A model generated the notes under the pieces. It saw nothing but the letters and a program-made list of their open reading frames with translations, ran no database searches and was not told the DNA's origin. Both the position numbers and the translations under genes were made by a program. A DNA stretch of 46,392 nucleotides from Planctomycetota bacterium (GTDB lineage Bacteria > Planctomycetota > Planctomycetia > Pirellulales > Pirellulaceae), in contig JANMEB010000718.1 of NCBI GenBank assembly GCA_031376585.1, positions 1-46,392 on the forward strand, given 5' to 3'. Below, one piece after another: positions 15,931-25,182 of this stretch (positions within the stretch are counted from its first letter, which is position 1; each line of letters starts with the position of its first letter).

Positions 15931-17184
15931 TTAGCCTTCGTTGGGGATCTCGACGCCGGTTAGCTCGCGACGGTTGGCTTCCAAAAGTGGCAAGCGGGTG
16001 CTTATCTCCACGAGCGCATTAACCAAAAGGTTCATTTGCTCCGGCGTATGAAGTGCCGAAGGGGTCATGCGGACGATTGACGTTCCGTAGGGCACTGCCG
16101 GATACATCACCGGGTTGACGATGATGTCGTATTCGTCTTGCAGGAGTTTTACGGTACGAAGTGCTTCGACGCCGCGCGTGAAGATCGACGTGACGGCTCC
16201 TTGCGGATTGCCGATTTCGAAGCCGGCTTTTCGCAATCCGGTTCGCAACGTGTTGACGTTCACCCACAGTTTTTCACGCCGTTCGGGCATTTTTTGCATT
16301 AGCTCAAGCGATTTAATCGTGGCAGCAGTGATGCACGCCGGAAGTGCTTTGGTCAGCATGAATCCTGGCGAAACGTGTCGCACGAAGTTAGTGATCCTGG
16401 CTGGAGCGCAGATGTAGCCACCAAACGTCCCAAACGATTTGGCAAAAGTTCCACCGTGAATGTCGACGTGCTCTTCAACGCCGAACAATTCCGGGGTTCC
16501 GCGTCCGTTAGCACCCAATACCCCGGTCCCGTGCGCATCGTCGACGAACAGCCGTGCGTTGTACTTGTGCTTTAGCTCGACCAAGTCATTCAGGGGTGCG
16601 AGGTCACCGATCATTCCGTACACGCCATCGACGGCAATCAGTTTGGCCGCATCGGCCGGACATTCGCTTAGCAACGATTCCAGTTCGTCCAAGTCATTAT
16701 GGCGAAATACTTTGACTTCACCTTTGGAAAGTCGCGCGCCATCGTGAATGCAGTGATGGGCGTAGGCGTCGACAAACACGTATTCGCGGCGTCCCACCAA
16801 ACACGAAATCGTGCCGGACATCGCCCCCAGACCCAAATTATAAACCAACGACGATTCCGTCCGCCGATACTCGCTCAGTCGTTGCTCAAGTTCCAGGTGC
16901 AATGCGGTATTTCCTGTTAGCGGGCGTGCGCCGAGTGGCGTGCCGGCTCCGTGTTCGCGGACAACGTCGGCGGCCGCCTTAATCACGTCCGGATGCGTGG
17001 CCAAACCGAGGTAATCGTTCGTCGCGACTTGCAGCATACGTCGTCCGTGCCATTCGAAATGCGGCAAGCAATTTGTGATCGGAAACTGGCGATGAAACGT
17101 GGCGACCAAATCATGGAATTGGTCACCAGCCATCTTCTTCATTCGATTCCAAAATACATCGCACTTTTCAAAAACGTCAGCCAT
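15931..17184 (-). CDS. PLP-dependent alpha-oxoamine synthase (serine palmitoyltransferase / BioF / Kbl family)
   Basis: It has the class-II aminotransferase layout, DDAHG, and the PLP-lysine motif GTFAKSFGTFGGY. By eye this is closest to the GTFSKS form of SPT-type enzymes. Confidence 0.88.
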   Translation of the reverse strand: MADVFEKCDVFWNRMKKMAGDQFHDLVATFHRQFPITNCLPHFEWHGRRMLQVATNDYLGLATHPDVIKAAADVVREHGAGTPLGARPLTGNTALHLELEQRLSEYRRTESSLVYNLGLGAMSGTISCLVGRREYVFVDAYAHHCIHDGARLSKGEVKVFRHNDLDELESLLSECPADAAKLIAVDGVYGMIGDLAPLNDLVELKHKYNARLFVDDAHGTGVLGANGRGTPELFGVEEHVDIHGGTFAKSFGTFGGYICAPARITNFVRHVSPGFMLTKALPACITAATIKSLELMQKMPERREKLWVNVNTLRTGLRKAGFEIGNPQGAVTSIFTRGVEALRTVKLLQDEYDIIVNPVMYPAVPYGTSIVRMTPSALHTPEQMNLLVNALVEISTRLPLLEANRRELTGVEIPNEG

Positions 17185-17379
17185 TTCATTTCCGTAGAAG
17201 TTGGGGAGTTGTTAAATGTGGCGTGGCAGTCTCGCTAGGCAGAACAGCAAAGCGAAATGGACGGGTCCGTAAGCTTCGCTATCGGCATATGATATCCCAA
17301 GGTTCTATTTCGGAACGAGCGGGTATCTAACCATAATTTTAGATTTGAATTAACGCCAAAGTGGAGAAACCAAGCCCAG

Positions 17380-18483
17380 TTAAGGTTGATCTTTATCGAT
17401 TGCAATGGCCAGTTTTTCGCGAAAATCGCGAATCGCGGCCCCAGGCGATGCGGCGTCCACGATTGCACAGCCAACGGCAACACGGGTTGCTCCGGCTTTC
17501 AATACTTGGTCGACGTTGGCGAGCGTAATCCCGCCAATCGCAAAAAAAGGAAGTGCGCTATGCACCGCGACTTGAGCGATGATTTCAGTTCCAACAAGTC
17601 GCTCGAAATGCTTGGTTCGGGATGCAAAAATTGGTCCGACCCCAAGGTACGTAGCGCCGTCTAAAACGGCTTGCTCGGCTTGAGTAAGAGAATGCGTGGA
17701 AACGCCAATCCATTGGCCGGGCGAAATAGATCGTCTCGCATGTGCGACCGTCAAATCCTCCTGTCCCAAATGTACGCCGTGTGCCCCCGAGATCGCAGCC
17801 AAGTCCGCGCGATCGTTCATGATCCAACGAGTGGCGCTGTCTGCGGTCAGCCGCGCAAGTATTTCGCACCGTGCCAGCAACTCGCGATCATCTAGCGATT
17901 TTGCGCGAAGTTGAATTAGGTCAGCACCACCGTCGATTAACTCGCTCGCCAGAGTGGCAAATGCGTCGCGGTTTTCTCGACCGTCCAGTAGTACGTACAA
18001 GCGTGCTTGAGCAATCTCCTCGCGAGCCAGCGCCCCCGCGACGATCGACTGCTCAAGCTGGTATGACTCATACCGCAACGCTTCAGCGCTGGTAGCCAGA
18101 CGTCGGGAAGTTTGCTTCAAACATTCTTCAATCGTCCGCAGGGACTGTTGCACACGTTTGACGTTGGCCAGGATCAGATCGCCGGCTGATTCGCGCGAAT
18201 ATTCTTGATCGGTCTGCAAAGTGCGGCCAACGTCGCCGATGACATTCCTTGACGCGATGAGTGCAGAAGAGTCCAGCCCAGACAGAATGTCGCCAAGCGC
18301 GTGCCGCATTTGTTTTGCTTTGAGCGCAAGCCCTACGTCATTGCGGACGAATCGGAGAACATCTTCGACGACTCGTAATCCTTCGGCCGCACGATTGAAG
18401 TTCGCATCCAAGACGCGCGAAAATTCGACCGAAATCGATGCGGAAGTCTGTTCAAATTCGTCGGGATTGGATTTCTTGTTCAT
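17380..18483 (-). CDS. thiE: Thiamine-phosphate synthase with an approximately 150-aa N-terminal extension
   Basis: The C-terminal approximately 210 aa match the ThiE pattern (LYVLLDG...IQLRAK...HLGQEDL...IGVSTH...YLGVGPIF.S.TK...FAIGGI). The N-terminal helical domain is of unknown role. Confidence 0.85.
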   Translation of the reverse strand: MNKKSNPDEFEQTSASISVEFSRVLDANFNRAAEGLRVVEDVLRFVRNDVGLALKAKQMRHALGDILSGLDSSALIASRNVIGDVGRTLQTDQEYSRESAGDLILANVKRVQQSLRTIEECLKQTSRRLATSAEALRYESYQLEQSIVAGALAREEIAQARLYVLLDGRENRDAFATLASELIDGGADLIQLRAKSLDDRELLARCEILARLTADSATRWIMNDRADLAAISGAHGVHLGQEDLTVAHARRSISPGQWIGVSTHSLTQAEQAVLDGATYLGVGPIFASRTKHFERLVGTEIIAQVAVHSALPFFAIGGITLANVDQVLKAGATRVAVGCAIVDAASPGAAIRDFREKLAIAIDKDQP

Positions 18484-18769
18484 ATTGATACCTCACGCAA
18501 CCACCGATGGCACATGTCGTCGACCTGGAGCCAACGGCACCCTGCCCAGCATCAATGTCGTCGCCGTTAGCGCTGGCGTGAACGAGACAACGAAGGCCGT
18601 GCGGGGTTTAGGTTGGGATGCTGTCAAAATGCGAGCAAAGTTCCGGCCACACCGCCCGTGCATGAATTTACGATGAAACAGGCTTTTCCGTAAGTTCATG
18701 CGACGTAATTACTTGGCTTGTTGCATCTGAAAGCATTCGGTTAGAATTCTCCGCCCCACAGCGGACGAT

Positions 18770-19447
18770 GTGGTATTTTTTGAGGTCGCCATTCTACGGA
18801 AAGCACCTGTGCGTCAACAGAATTTTTGGATGTGTTCTTGGCCCGGCCTTTTGTCCTTGTGGCAAAAGGGTGATCGGCTGGGGTTATTGGGTGCTGTGGC
18901 GTTTTCCATTCTGCTGAATTTGGCGCTGTTGTCCACGATGGTTTGGCCGCAATTGTTGGGATCGAAGTTTCCACAAGGACTTTGGATCGTCGTGGCCGCG
19001 ATCTGGATTGGGTCGACTTGGTATCAAGTTCGCCGTGTCCGTCTGTCCGAAACAACTTCCCGCGAGACGGCGGACAACGACGACGCCTTGTTTATTCAAG
19101 CTCAGACGGAATACTTAAAAGGGAATTGGGAAGAAGCCGAGTGGCTGCTTCGGCAGCGATTGGCGACCTCACACCGTGACATAGAAGCCCGCCTCATGCT
19201 GGCGACCCTGTATCGACACCAAGGTCACCGACAATTGGCCCAAGAGCAATTGCAGATACTGAGTCGATTTGATCAAGCAACGGATTGGATCGCAGAAATC
19301 GATTGCGAGGCCGCTTGGCTCGAATCGGAATCAGTTTCTGATGATCAACCGGCGGAAGCCAGCGAATTCGCGAATACGAACGAGGATTCGACGGCAGAGA
19401 TTGAACTTCGTAAGATGAACATACCTTCGGTTCGACGGGCGGCTTGA
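18770..19447 (+). CDS. Membrane-anchored TPR-repeat protein
   Basis: It has two hydrophobic segments followed by a TPR-like region (YLKGNWEEAEWLLRQRL...ARLMLATLYRHQGHRQLAQEQL). The start is uncertain (GTG 18770 or ATG 18830). Confidence 0.65.
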   Translation: MVFFEVAILRKAPVRQQNFWMCSWPGLLSLWQKGDRLGLLGAVAFSILLNLALLSTMVWPQLLGSKFPQGLWIVVAAIWIGSTWYQVRRVRLSETTSRETADNDDALFIQAQTEYLKGNWEEAEWLLRQRLATSHRDIEARLMLATLYRHQGHRQLAQEQLQILSRFDQATDWIAEIDCEAAWLESESVSDDQPAEASEFANTNEDSTAEIELRKMNIPSVRRAA

Positions 19448-19505
19448 CCCAAGCAGCTTGTGACGCAACCGACGAAATGCAACAGGTCTAGGGGATAGCA
19501 AAACC

Positions 19506-22088
19506 ATGTACGAAAGATTTACCGAACGTGCCCGCAAGGTAATGCAGTTGGCCAACCAAGAGGCACAACGCTTCAATCACGAATACATCGGCACTGAGCA
19601 CATGTTGTTGGGCTTGGTTAAGGAAGGGACGGGCGTCGCCGCCAACGTCCTGAAAAACTTGGATGTTGATCTGCGCAAGATTCGGCTCGAAGTCGAAAAG
19701 CTCGTCCAAAGCGGCCCGGAAATGGTCACGATGGGCAAACTTCCGCAAACGCCCCGAGCCAAAAAAGTCATTGAGTACTCGATGGATGAAGCTCGCAACC
19801 TCAATCACAACTTTGTCGGTACCGAACACATTTTGTTGGGTTTGCTCCGTGAACAAGAAGGCGTCGCCGCCCAAGTCTTGATGAACTTGGGATTGAAACT
19901 TGAAGACGTTCGCGAAGAAGTTTTGAATTTGCTGGGCAACGGATTGGAAAGTGCCGAAGGTGGCGGCGAACGTGGCGGACGAGACGTCGGTGCCGCAGCG
20001 GCAGCCGGCGGCGAAGCCGCAACAACGAAGGGCAATCGCTCGCGAACTCCAGCACTGGATAGTTTCGGCCGCGACCTCACGGAATTGGCTCGCCAAGGCA
20101 AGCTCGATCCTGTCATCGGCCGCGCGAATGAAATCGAACGATCGATCCAAGTCCTCTGCCGCCGTACCAAAAACAATCCTGTCTTACTGGGCGAAGCGGG
20201 TGTTGGCAAAACCGCCATCGTCGAAGGGCTTGCCCAGCGCGTGATTTCCGGCGAGATTCCCGAAATTCTTTCCGACAAGCGAATCGTCGTGCTCGATCTG
20301 GCGATGATGGTCGCTGGCACGAAATACCGCGGCCAGTTCGAGGAACGCATCAAAGCCGTCATGAACGAAGTCCGCCGTGCCCGAAACACGATCTTATTCA
20401 TCGACGAGCTTCACACGCTGGTTGGTGCCGGAGGCGCTGAAGGCGCAATCGACGCGGCCAATGTTCTTAAACCGGCTCTTTCGCGCGGCGAAATCCAGTG
20501 CATCGGCGCAACGACATTGGACGAATACCGCAAGTACATTGAAAAGGACAAAGCTCTGGCACGCCGATTCCAAGAAATTATTGTCGACCCGACCAACCCC
20601 GCAGAGACGATTGAAATCCTCAAAGGCTTGCGCGAACGATACGAAAAACATCACCGCGTTCAAATCACTGACGACGCGATTGCTGCCGCAGTCGACTTGT
20701 CGGGACGCTACATCACGGGTCGTTGCTTGCCGGACAAAGCGATCGATGTGATCGACGAGTCGGGTGCCCGCGTCCGCTTGCGAACAATGACTAAGCCTCC
20801 CGATTTAAAGGAAATCGACGAGGACATTGAAAAACTCAACAAGGACAAAGAAGACGCCGTCGCCAATCAAGACTTCGAAAAAGCGGCCTCCTTGCGCGAT
20901 CACGCCGACAAAATGCGCAAAAAGAAAGAGCAGATCAAACGCGATTGGCACGATCGCTCACAAGAGAACGAAGGCATCGTCGACGAAGAAGTCATCGCCG
21001 AAGTCATTTCCAAAATGACCGGCGTCCCTCTGACCCGGCTCTCCACCGAGGACTCCAAGCGACTTATTCGAATGGAAGAAGAGCTTCACAAGAAGGTCAT
21101 CAGCCAAGACGCGGCCATCAAGTCGATCTCCAAGGCCGTTCGGCGAAGTCGCGCTGGATTGAAAGATCCCAAACGTCCGATCGGCTGCTTCATGTTTGCC
21201 GGTCCGACCGGTGTCGGTAAGACTTTGCTTGCCAAAGCTTTGGCTGAATTCATGTTCGGCGACGAAGACGCACTCGTCGTCATCGACATGAGCGAGTACA
21301 TGGAAAAGCATAACGTCAGTCGCTTGATCGGCGCTCCGCCGGGCTACGTTGGCTACGAAGAAGGTGGTCAGCTCACGGAAAAAATCCGCCGCCGACCCTA
21401 CGCTGTCGTGCTGCTGGACGAAATCGAAAAAGCCCACCCCGACATCTACAACATGCTCTTACAAGTCATGGAGGAAGGACGTCTCACCGATAGCTTTGGC
21501 CGAAACATCGACTTCCGCAACGTGATTTTGATCATGACGACCAATGTCGGTGCGCATTCGATCAAGAACGAATCGGCGTTCGGCTTGCCGGGTGCTGGCG
21601 AGGACGCTTCGTTTGAAGCAATGAAAACGCGTGTCTATGACGAAATCAACCGAGCCTTTCGCCCGGAGTTTCTCAACCGCTTGTCGGAAGAACCCACCAT
21701 TTTCCGCCACCTGGAAAAGAAGGATCTCAAACTGGTCATCGACCTCGAATTGAGCAAAATTCGCTCGCGCTTGCGCGAACGCGGATTCGAAATCGAACTC
21801 ACGGGCGATGCCAAAGAATTTTTGATCAAGAAGGGCACGAACCTCGATTTCGGCGCTCGTCCTCTACGTCGCGCTTTGGAAAACTTCGTCGAAGATCCGC
21901 TCTCCGAAGAACTTTTGCACGGCAACTTTGCCGGCAAAAACCGAATCCTGATCGACGTTGTGCGCGACAGCGATGGCAAAGTCAAACACTTGAAGTTCGA
22001 AGGTATTGTGGACGAACCCGAAGCCAGCAAGCCGGTCGCCGTCGGTGCCGAACCCTCCGAACAGCCAGCCGCCGCGGACGAAGAATAA
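19506..22088 (+). CDS. clpC: ATP-dependent Clp protease ATP-binding subunit ClpC
   Basis: It has a double Clp_N repeat (FTERARKV...[10 protein letters not shown] / [10 protein letters not shown]), two AAA+ modules ([16 protein letters not shown]) and a UVR-like FEKAASLRD motif. Confidence 0.95.
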   Translation: MYERFTERARKVMQLANQEAQRFNHEYIGTEHMLLGLVKEGTGVAANVLKNLDVDLRKIRLEVEKLVQSGPEMVTMGKLPQTPRAKKVIEYSMDEARNLNHNFVGTEHILLGLLREQEGVAAQVLMNLGLKLEDVREEVLNLLGNGLESAEGGGERGGRDVGAAAAAGGEAATTKGNRSRTPALDSFGRDLTELARQGKLDPVIGRANEIERSIQVLCRRTKNNPVLLGEAGVGKTAIVEGLAQRVISGEIPEILSDKRIVVLDLAMMVAGTKYRGQFEERIKAVMNEVRRARNTILFIDELHTLVGAGGAEGAIDAANVLKPALSRGEIQCIGATTLDEYRKYIEKDKALARRFQEIIVDPTNPAETIEILKGLRERYEKHHRVQITDDAIAAAVDLSGRYITGRCLPDKAIDVIDESGARVRLRTMTKPPDLKEIDEDIEKLNKDKEDAVANQDFEKAASLRDHADKMRKKKEQIKRDWHDRSQENEGIVDEEVIAEVISKMTGVPLTRLSTEDSKRLIRMEEELHKKVISQDAAIKSISKAVRRSRAGLKDPKRPIGCFMFAGPTGVGKTLLAKALAEFMFGDEDALVVIDMSEYMEKHNVSRLIGAPPGYVGYEEGGQLTEKIRRRPYAVVLLDEIEKAHPDIYNMLLQVMEEGRLTDSFGRNIDFRNVILIMTTNVGAHSIKNESAFGLPGAGEDASFEAMKTRVYDEINRAFRPEFLNRLSEEPTIFRHLEKKDLKLVIDLELSKIRSRLRERGFEIELTGDAKEFLIKKGTNLDFGARPLRRALENFVEDPLSEELLHGNFAGKNRILIDVVRDSDGKVKHLKFEGIVDEPEASKPVAVGAEPSEQPAAADEE

Positions 22089-22091
22089 CTT

Positions 22092-22114
22092 GGTGCACGC
22101 TTTCAACGTGCACC
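22092..22114 (+). terminator. Hairpin immediately after the clpC stop
   Basis: GGTGCACG-ctttcaa-CGTGCACC, with no clear U tract. Confidence 0.4.
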
Positions 22115-22317
22115 ATGTCGTGGCACGGCCCTGTCTGCCGCAGCGGATCGAAGGGCGTCGGAATCGATCACGCGTCTCGTAAGATCGCGTTTATTAACGA
22201 GCTGCATTTCGACAAAAACCCGCGCGCACATCTTGACCATCGACAATAGCAATGTCAGCCAATGATTGTTGTTCCTTCTTGGCGCGCCGCAGAGTAAAAT
22301 GACGTGCGAGGCGAAAA

Positions 22318-22911
22318 ATGGTCGATATCAAGTATACGGGCGACGCCCTCTGGGCCAGAATCGAACGGGCTGTGGAAAACGTCAAGGATCGTTTACGTCG
22401 AGTCACGGAATCGCTGAACGCCCACGATGTTCCCTATGCGGTCATCGGTGGAAATGCGGTCCAGCATTGGGTTGCGCAAGTCGACGAGTCGGTCGTGCGA
22501 AATACCCGCGACGTTGATATTATTCTGAACCGGAGCGAGTTGCCTAGAGCAATCGAGGCGTTGGAGAAGGTCGGATTCATTTACCGTAAAGCGGCCGGGG
22601 TGACCATGTTTCTCGACGGTCCGGACGCGAAGGCGCGCGACGCCGTCCATGTCGTGTTCTCTGGCGAAAAAGTTCGCCCGGAATATCCAGAACCCGTGCC
22701 CAATATTGACGAATACGCATTGATTCAAAACGCACGGACGTTGCCCTTGGAATCGTTAGTCCGGATGAAGTTGACGTCGTTTCGAGACAAAGATCGCGTC
22801 CACGTACGCGACATGATTTCGATCGGTATGATCGACGAGTCTTGGCTTGGCCGATTGTCACCCCAATTGCGAGTTCGCTTGAAAGAGCTGCTTGACGATC
22901 CCGACGGATAG
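22318..22911 (+). CDS. Pol-beta-superfamily nucleotidyltransferase-fold protein (orphan)
   Basis: It has a G-G-x(n)-D-x-D pattern (YAVIGGNAVQHW...TRDVDIIL). ATG is preceded by GAGG. There is no partner gene on either side. Confidence 0.6.
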   Translation: MVDIKYTGDALWARIERAVENVKDRLRRVTESLNAHDVPYAVIGGNAVQHWVAQVDESVVRNTRDVDIILNRSELPRAIEALEKVGFIYRKAAGVTMFLDGPDAKARDAVHVVFSGEKVRPEYPEPVPNIDEYALIQNARTLPLESLVRMKLTSFRDKDRVHVRDMISIGMIDESWLGRLSPQLRVRLKELLDDPDG

Positions 22912-23047
22912 CCACGGGGCATCGATGATCCGCGCTCCGCAATTTCCAATTCGAGCGCATGTGTAACGGAACTCGCCATCCCATCGCGCCGGCCCAAATT
23001 CTGGCGAATTCGGCTACGGCAGTCACTACAATTTCGTAGAACGCGCT

Positions 23048-23521
23048 TTAGTCGAGCCCCTGCTGCCAATTCGAACTACGGTCGGATTCTAGAAAACTTG
23101 CCAAGATGACTTGGGCCGCGATCTTGTCGATCCGCGCTCGGCGTTGTTTTTTGGTAAGCTCGCCGCCAATCAATTCGTCCGCAATCGAGGTCGAGAATCG
23201 CTCGTCGTAAAAGACTATTGGGCAATGGGTAAGTTCGCTTAACCAACGAGCGAATTGTTCAACCTCGTTTGATTTTTGGCTATCGCGCCCGCTCAGATGC
23301 AGCGGCATGCCGATAACGAGGCCAGCAATTTTTTCACCTTGGATCAGTTCGCGAAAATACTTGCCGTCCAAGTCGGGCGTGCGCCGAACGTAAGTTGCCA
23401 GCGGCCCGGCAAGCTTCTGTTCGGAGTCGCACATCGCCAGCCCAATCCGAACCGAGCCAAAATCAATTCCCAGCAATCTGCCGTGTCGAGGTAGTTCGGG
23501 GCTCATTGGAGTTTGGCTCAT
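23048..23521 (-). CDS. ruvX: YqgF/RuvX putative Holliday-junction resolvase / pre-16S rRNA nuclease
   Basis: It has the LLGIDFGSVRIGLA N-terminal motif and ERFSTS. The start is ambiguous among 23506, 23521 and 23542. Confidence 0.88.
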   Translation of the reverse strand: MSQTPMSPELPRHGRLLGIDFGSVRIGLAMCDSEQKLAGPLATYVRRTPDLDGKYFRELIQGEKIAGLVIGMPLHLSGRDSQKSNEVEQFARWLSELTHCPIVFYDERFSTSIADELIGGELTKKQRRARIDKIAAQVILASFLESDRSSNWQQGLD

Positions 23522-23550
23522 AACCTTTCCGAGGGTATGCAATCGACTAA

Positions 23551-23679
23551 ACTCGCATGGCCCGCGATGGGTCGTTTAACCTAGAGCCAACGGCGACGGC
23601 AATTTCGGAGCGTCAACGCCATCCCCGATGGCTCCGGGTTAAACAAAACGTCTCATTGGTGGCCGCGCGAGGATTAACT
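23551..23679. repeat. REP/MITE-like nested palindromic element, copy A (degenerate)
   Basis: TTTAACCTAGAGCCAACGGCGACGGC ... GCCATCCCCGATGGCTCCGGGTTAAA plus the outer GGCCGCGCGAGGATTAAC. It aligns by eye arm-for-arm with the element at 37903-38030. Confidence 0.8.
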
Positions 23680-23729
23680 ATCATCATTGGACCAACTTCA
23701 ACCCGTCTTTAGAACACCGGAGCTTCGAA

Positions 23730-25151
23730 ATGTTATCGACCCGCTTCCCAATTGCAATTGCACTTGTCGGCTTGCTTTCTAGCGCGACAATCGGACTAGC
23801 GCAGGATGTGACCACCAAACTTCCGGCGTTCCTCACCGACCACATGGTTCTTCAACGTGACGTCACAAATCGGATTTGGGGTTGGGACAAGCCAGCGACG
23901 GAAGTTAGCGTCAGCGCGGGCGCAGCGACTGTCCGGGCGACCACCAATGCCGAAGGCCAATGGTCGGCTCAAATTCCGCCGATGCAATCCGGTGGACCGA
24001 TCGAAATCACCGTGAAAGGGACGACCGAAATCAAACTTGCGGATGTTTTGATTGGAGACGTGTGGGTCTGTTCGGGTCAATCGAATATGGAATGGTCGGT
24101 CGCACAGTCAGCCAATGCTCAGCAAGAAATCGCTGAATGCAACGTGCCTCAAATTCGTCACTGCAAAATCAATCATGTTCCTGCGGACAAACCCCAGTCG
24201 GATGTTACATCCGGTGGCTGGAAAGTCGCTTCCAAGGAAACGGTTGGAGAATTTACTGCTGCGGGATATTTTTTCGCCAAGAATTTACAGCGCGAACTCA
24301 ACATACCGATCGGAATCATCGGTTCGAATTGGGGCGGGACGCGGATTGAGCCTTGGATTCCGCCGTCCGGCTTTCAACAAGTCCCCGCACTAAAGGAAAT
24401 TACCGACAAGCTCGGCGAATATCCGACCAAAAACGACAAAGGCGAAATCGACATCGGATCGCCGACGGCTCTCTACAACGGAATGATTCACCCGCTGCTT
24501 CCTTTCGCAATCAAAGGAGCCATTTGGTACCAGGGCGAATCCAACATGGGCGATGGCATGCTATATCACGAAAAAATGAAAGCCCTAATCGGCGGCTGGC
24601 GACAAGCTTGGAATCAGCCCGAGCTTCCGTTTTATTTTGTGCAGTTGGCTCCCTATCGCTACGGAGATCCACAAGCTCTGCCCGCAATTTGGGAAGCCCA
24701 ACTCGCCAGTCTTTCGATACCCAGCACTGGCATGGTCGTCACGACCGACATCGGAAACGTGGCTGACATTCACCCCGTCAACAAACAAGAAGTTGGCCGT
24801 CGACTGGCGCTGTGGGCACTGGCTCAAACGTACGGCCGAACCGAATTTGTTAGTTGCGGGCCGTTGTTTCGATCAGCAAGTGTCGAGGGAGCAACGATTC
24901 GCGTGCAGTTTGATTACCTTGGCGGCGGCTTGAAAACGCGCGACGACCAAGCCCCGACCGGATTTGAGATTGCCGCTGTCGATGGCCAGTTCGCGCCAGC
25001 AGAAGCAAAAATTGACGGAGATTCGCTCGTGGTTTCGGCAGCTCAAGTCACCGCGCCGACTCATGTCCGATTTGCTTGGAATCAGGAAGCCAACCCGAAC
25101 TTAATGAATGTCGTTGGCTTACCGGCGGTTCCCTTCCGCTGGCCCAAATAA
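23730..25151 (+). CDS. Sialate O-acetylesterase (SASA/CE-family) with signal peptide
   Basis: It has the GDVWVCSGQSNMEW and AIWYQGESN motifs and a hydrophobic N-terminal signal sequence. GGAG lies 7 nt upstream of ATG. Confidence 0.85.
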   Translation: MLSTRFPIAIALVGLLSSATIGLAQDVTTKLPAFLTDHMVLQRDVTNRIWGWDKPATEVSVSAGAATVRATTNAEGQWSAQIPPMQSGGPIEITVKGTTEIKLADVLIGDVWVCSGQSNMEWSVAQSANAQQEIAECNVPQIRHCKINHVPADKPQSDVTSGGWKVASKETVGEFTAAGYFFAKNLQRELNIPIGIIGSNWGGTRIEPWIPPSGFQQVPALKEITDKLGEYPTKNDKGEIDIGSPTALYNGMIHPLLPFAIKGAIWYQGESNMGDGMLYHEKMKALIGGWRQAWNQPELPFYFVQLAPYRYGDPQALPAIWEAQLASLSIPSTGMVVTTDIGNVADIHPVNKQEVGRRLALWALAQTYGRTEFVSCGPLFRSASVEGATIRVQFDYLGGGLKTRDDQAPTGFEIAAVDGQFAPAEAKIDGDSLVVSAAQVTAPTHVRFAWNQEANPNLMNVVGLPAVPFRWPK

Positions 25152-25182
25152 TTCGCGAAGGCCCGCGCTCGCTTACTAATTG

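Noticed and set aside
17250-17280. Hairpin AGCGAA...TTCGCT between thiE and the AOS gene as a terminator separating the two units
   Set aside because: The stem is short and interrupted and there is no U tract. I cannot decide from sequence whether thiE is co-transcribed with the downstream operon.
18484-18769. Possible TPP (THI-box) riboswitch upstream of thiE
   Set aside because: There is no CUGAGA or ACCUGAUCUGGAUAAUGCCAGCG-like core on the minus strand. The only notable content is the eroded REP-like segment.
19941-20044. Gly/Ala-rich linker in ClpC between the N-domain and the first AAA+ module
   Set aside because: ClpC proteins of other bacteria (for example Bacillus) also have a variable low-complexity linker at this position ending in ...TP.LD.F.RDLT, so this is not unusual.
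19488-21437. Antisense ORFs (220, 198 and 159 aa) opposite clpC
   Set aside because: The reason is the same as for secA. ClpC on the plus strand is certain, and the antisense products have no domain signatures or SD sequences.
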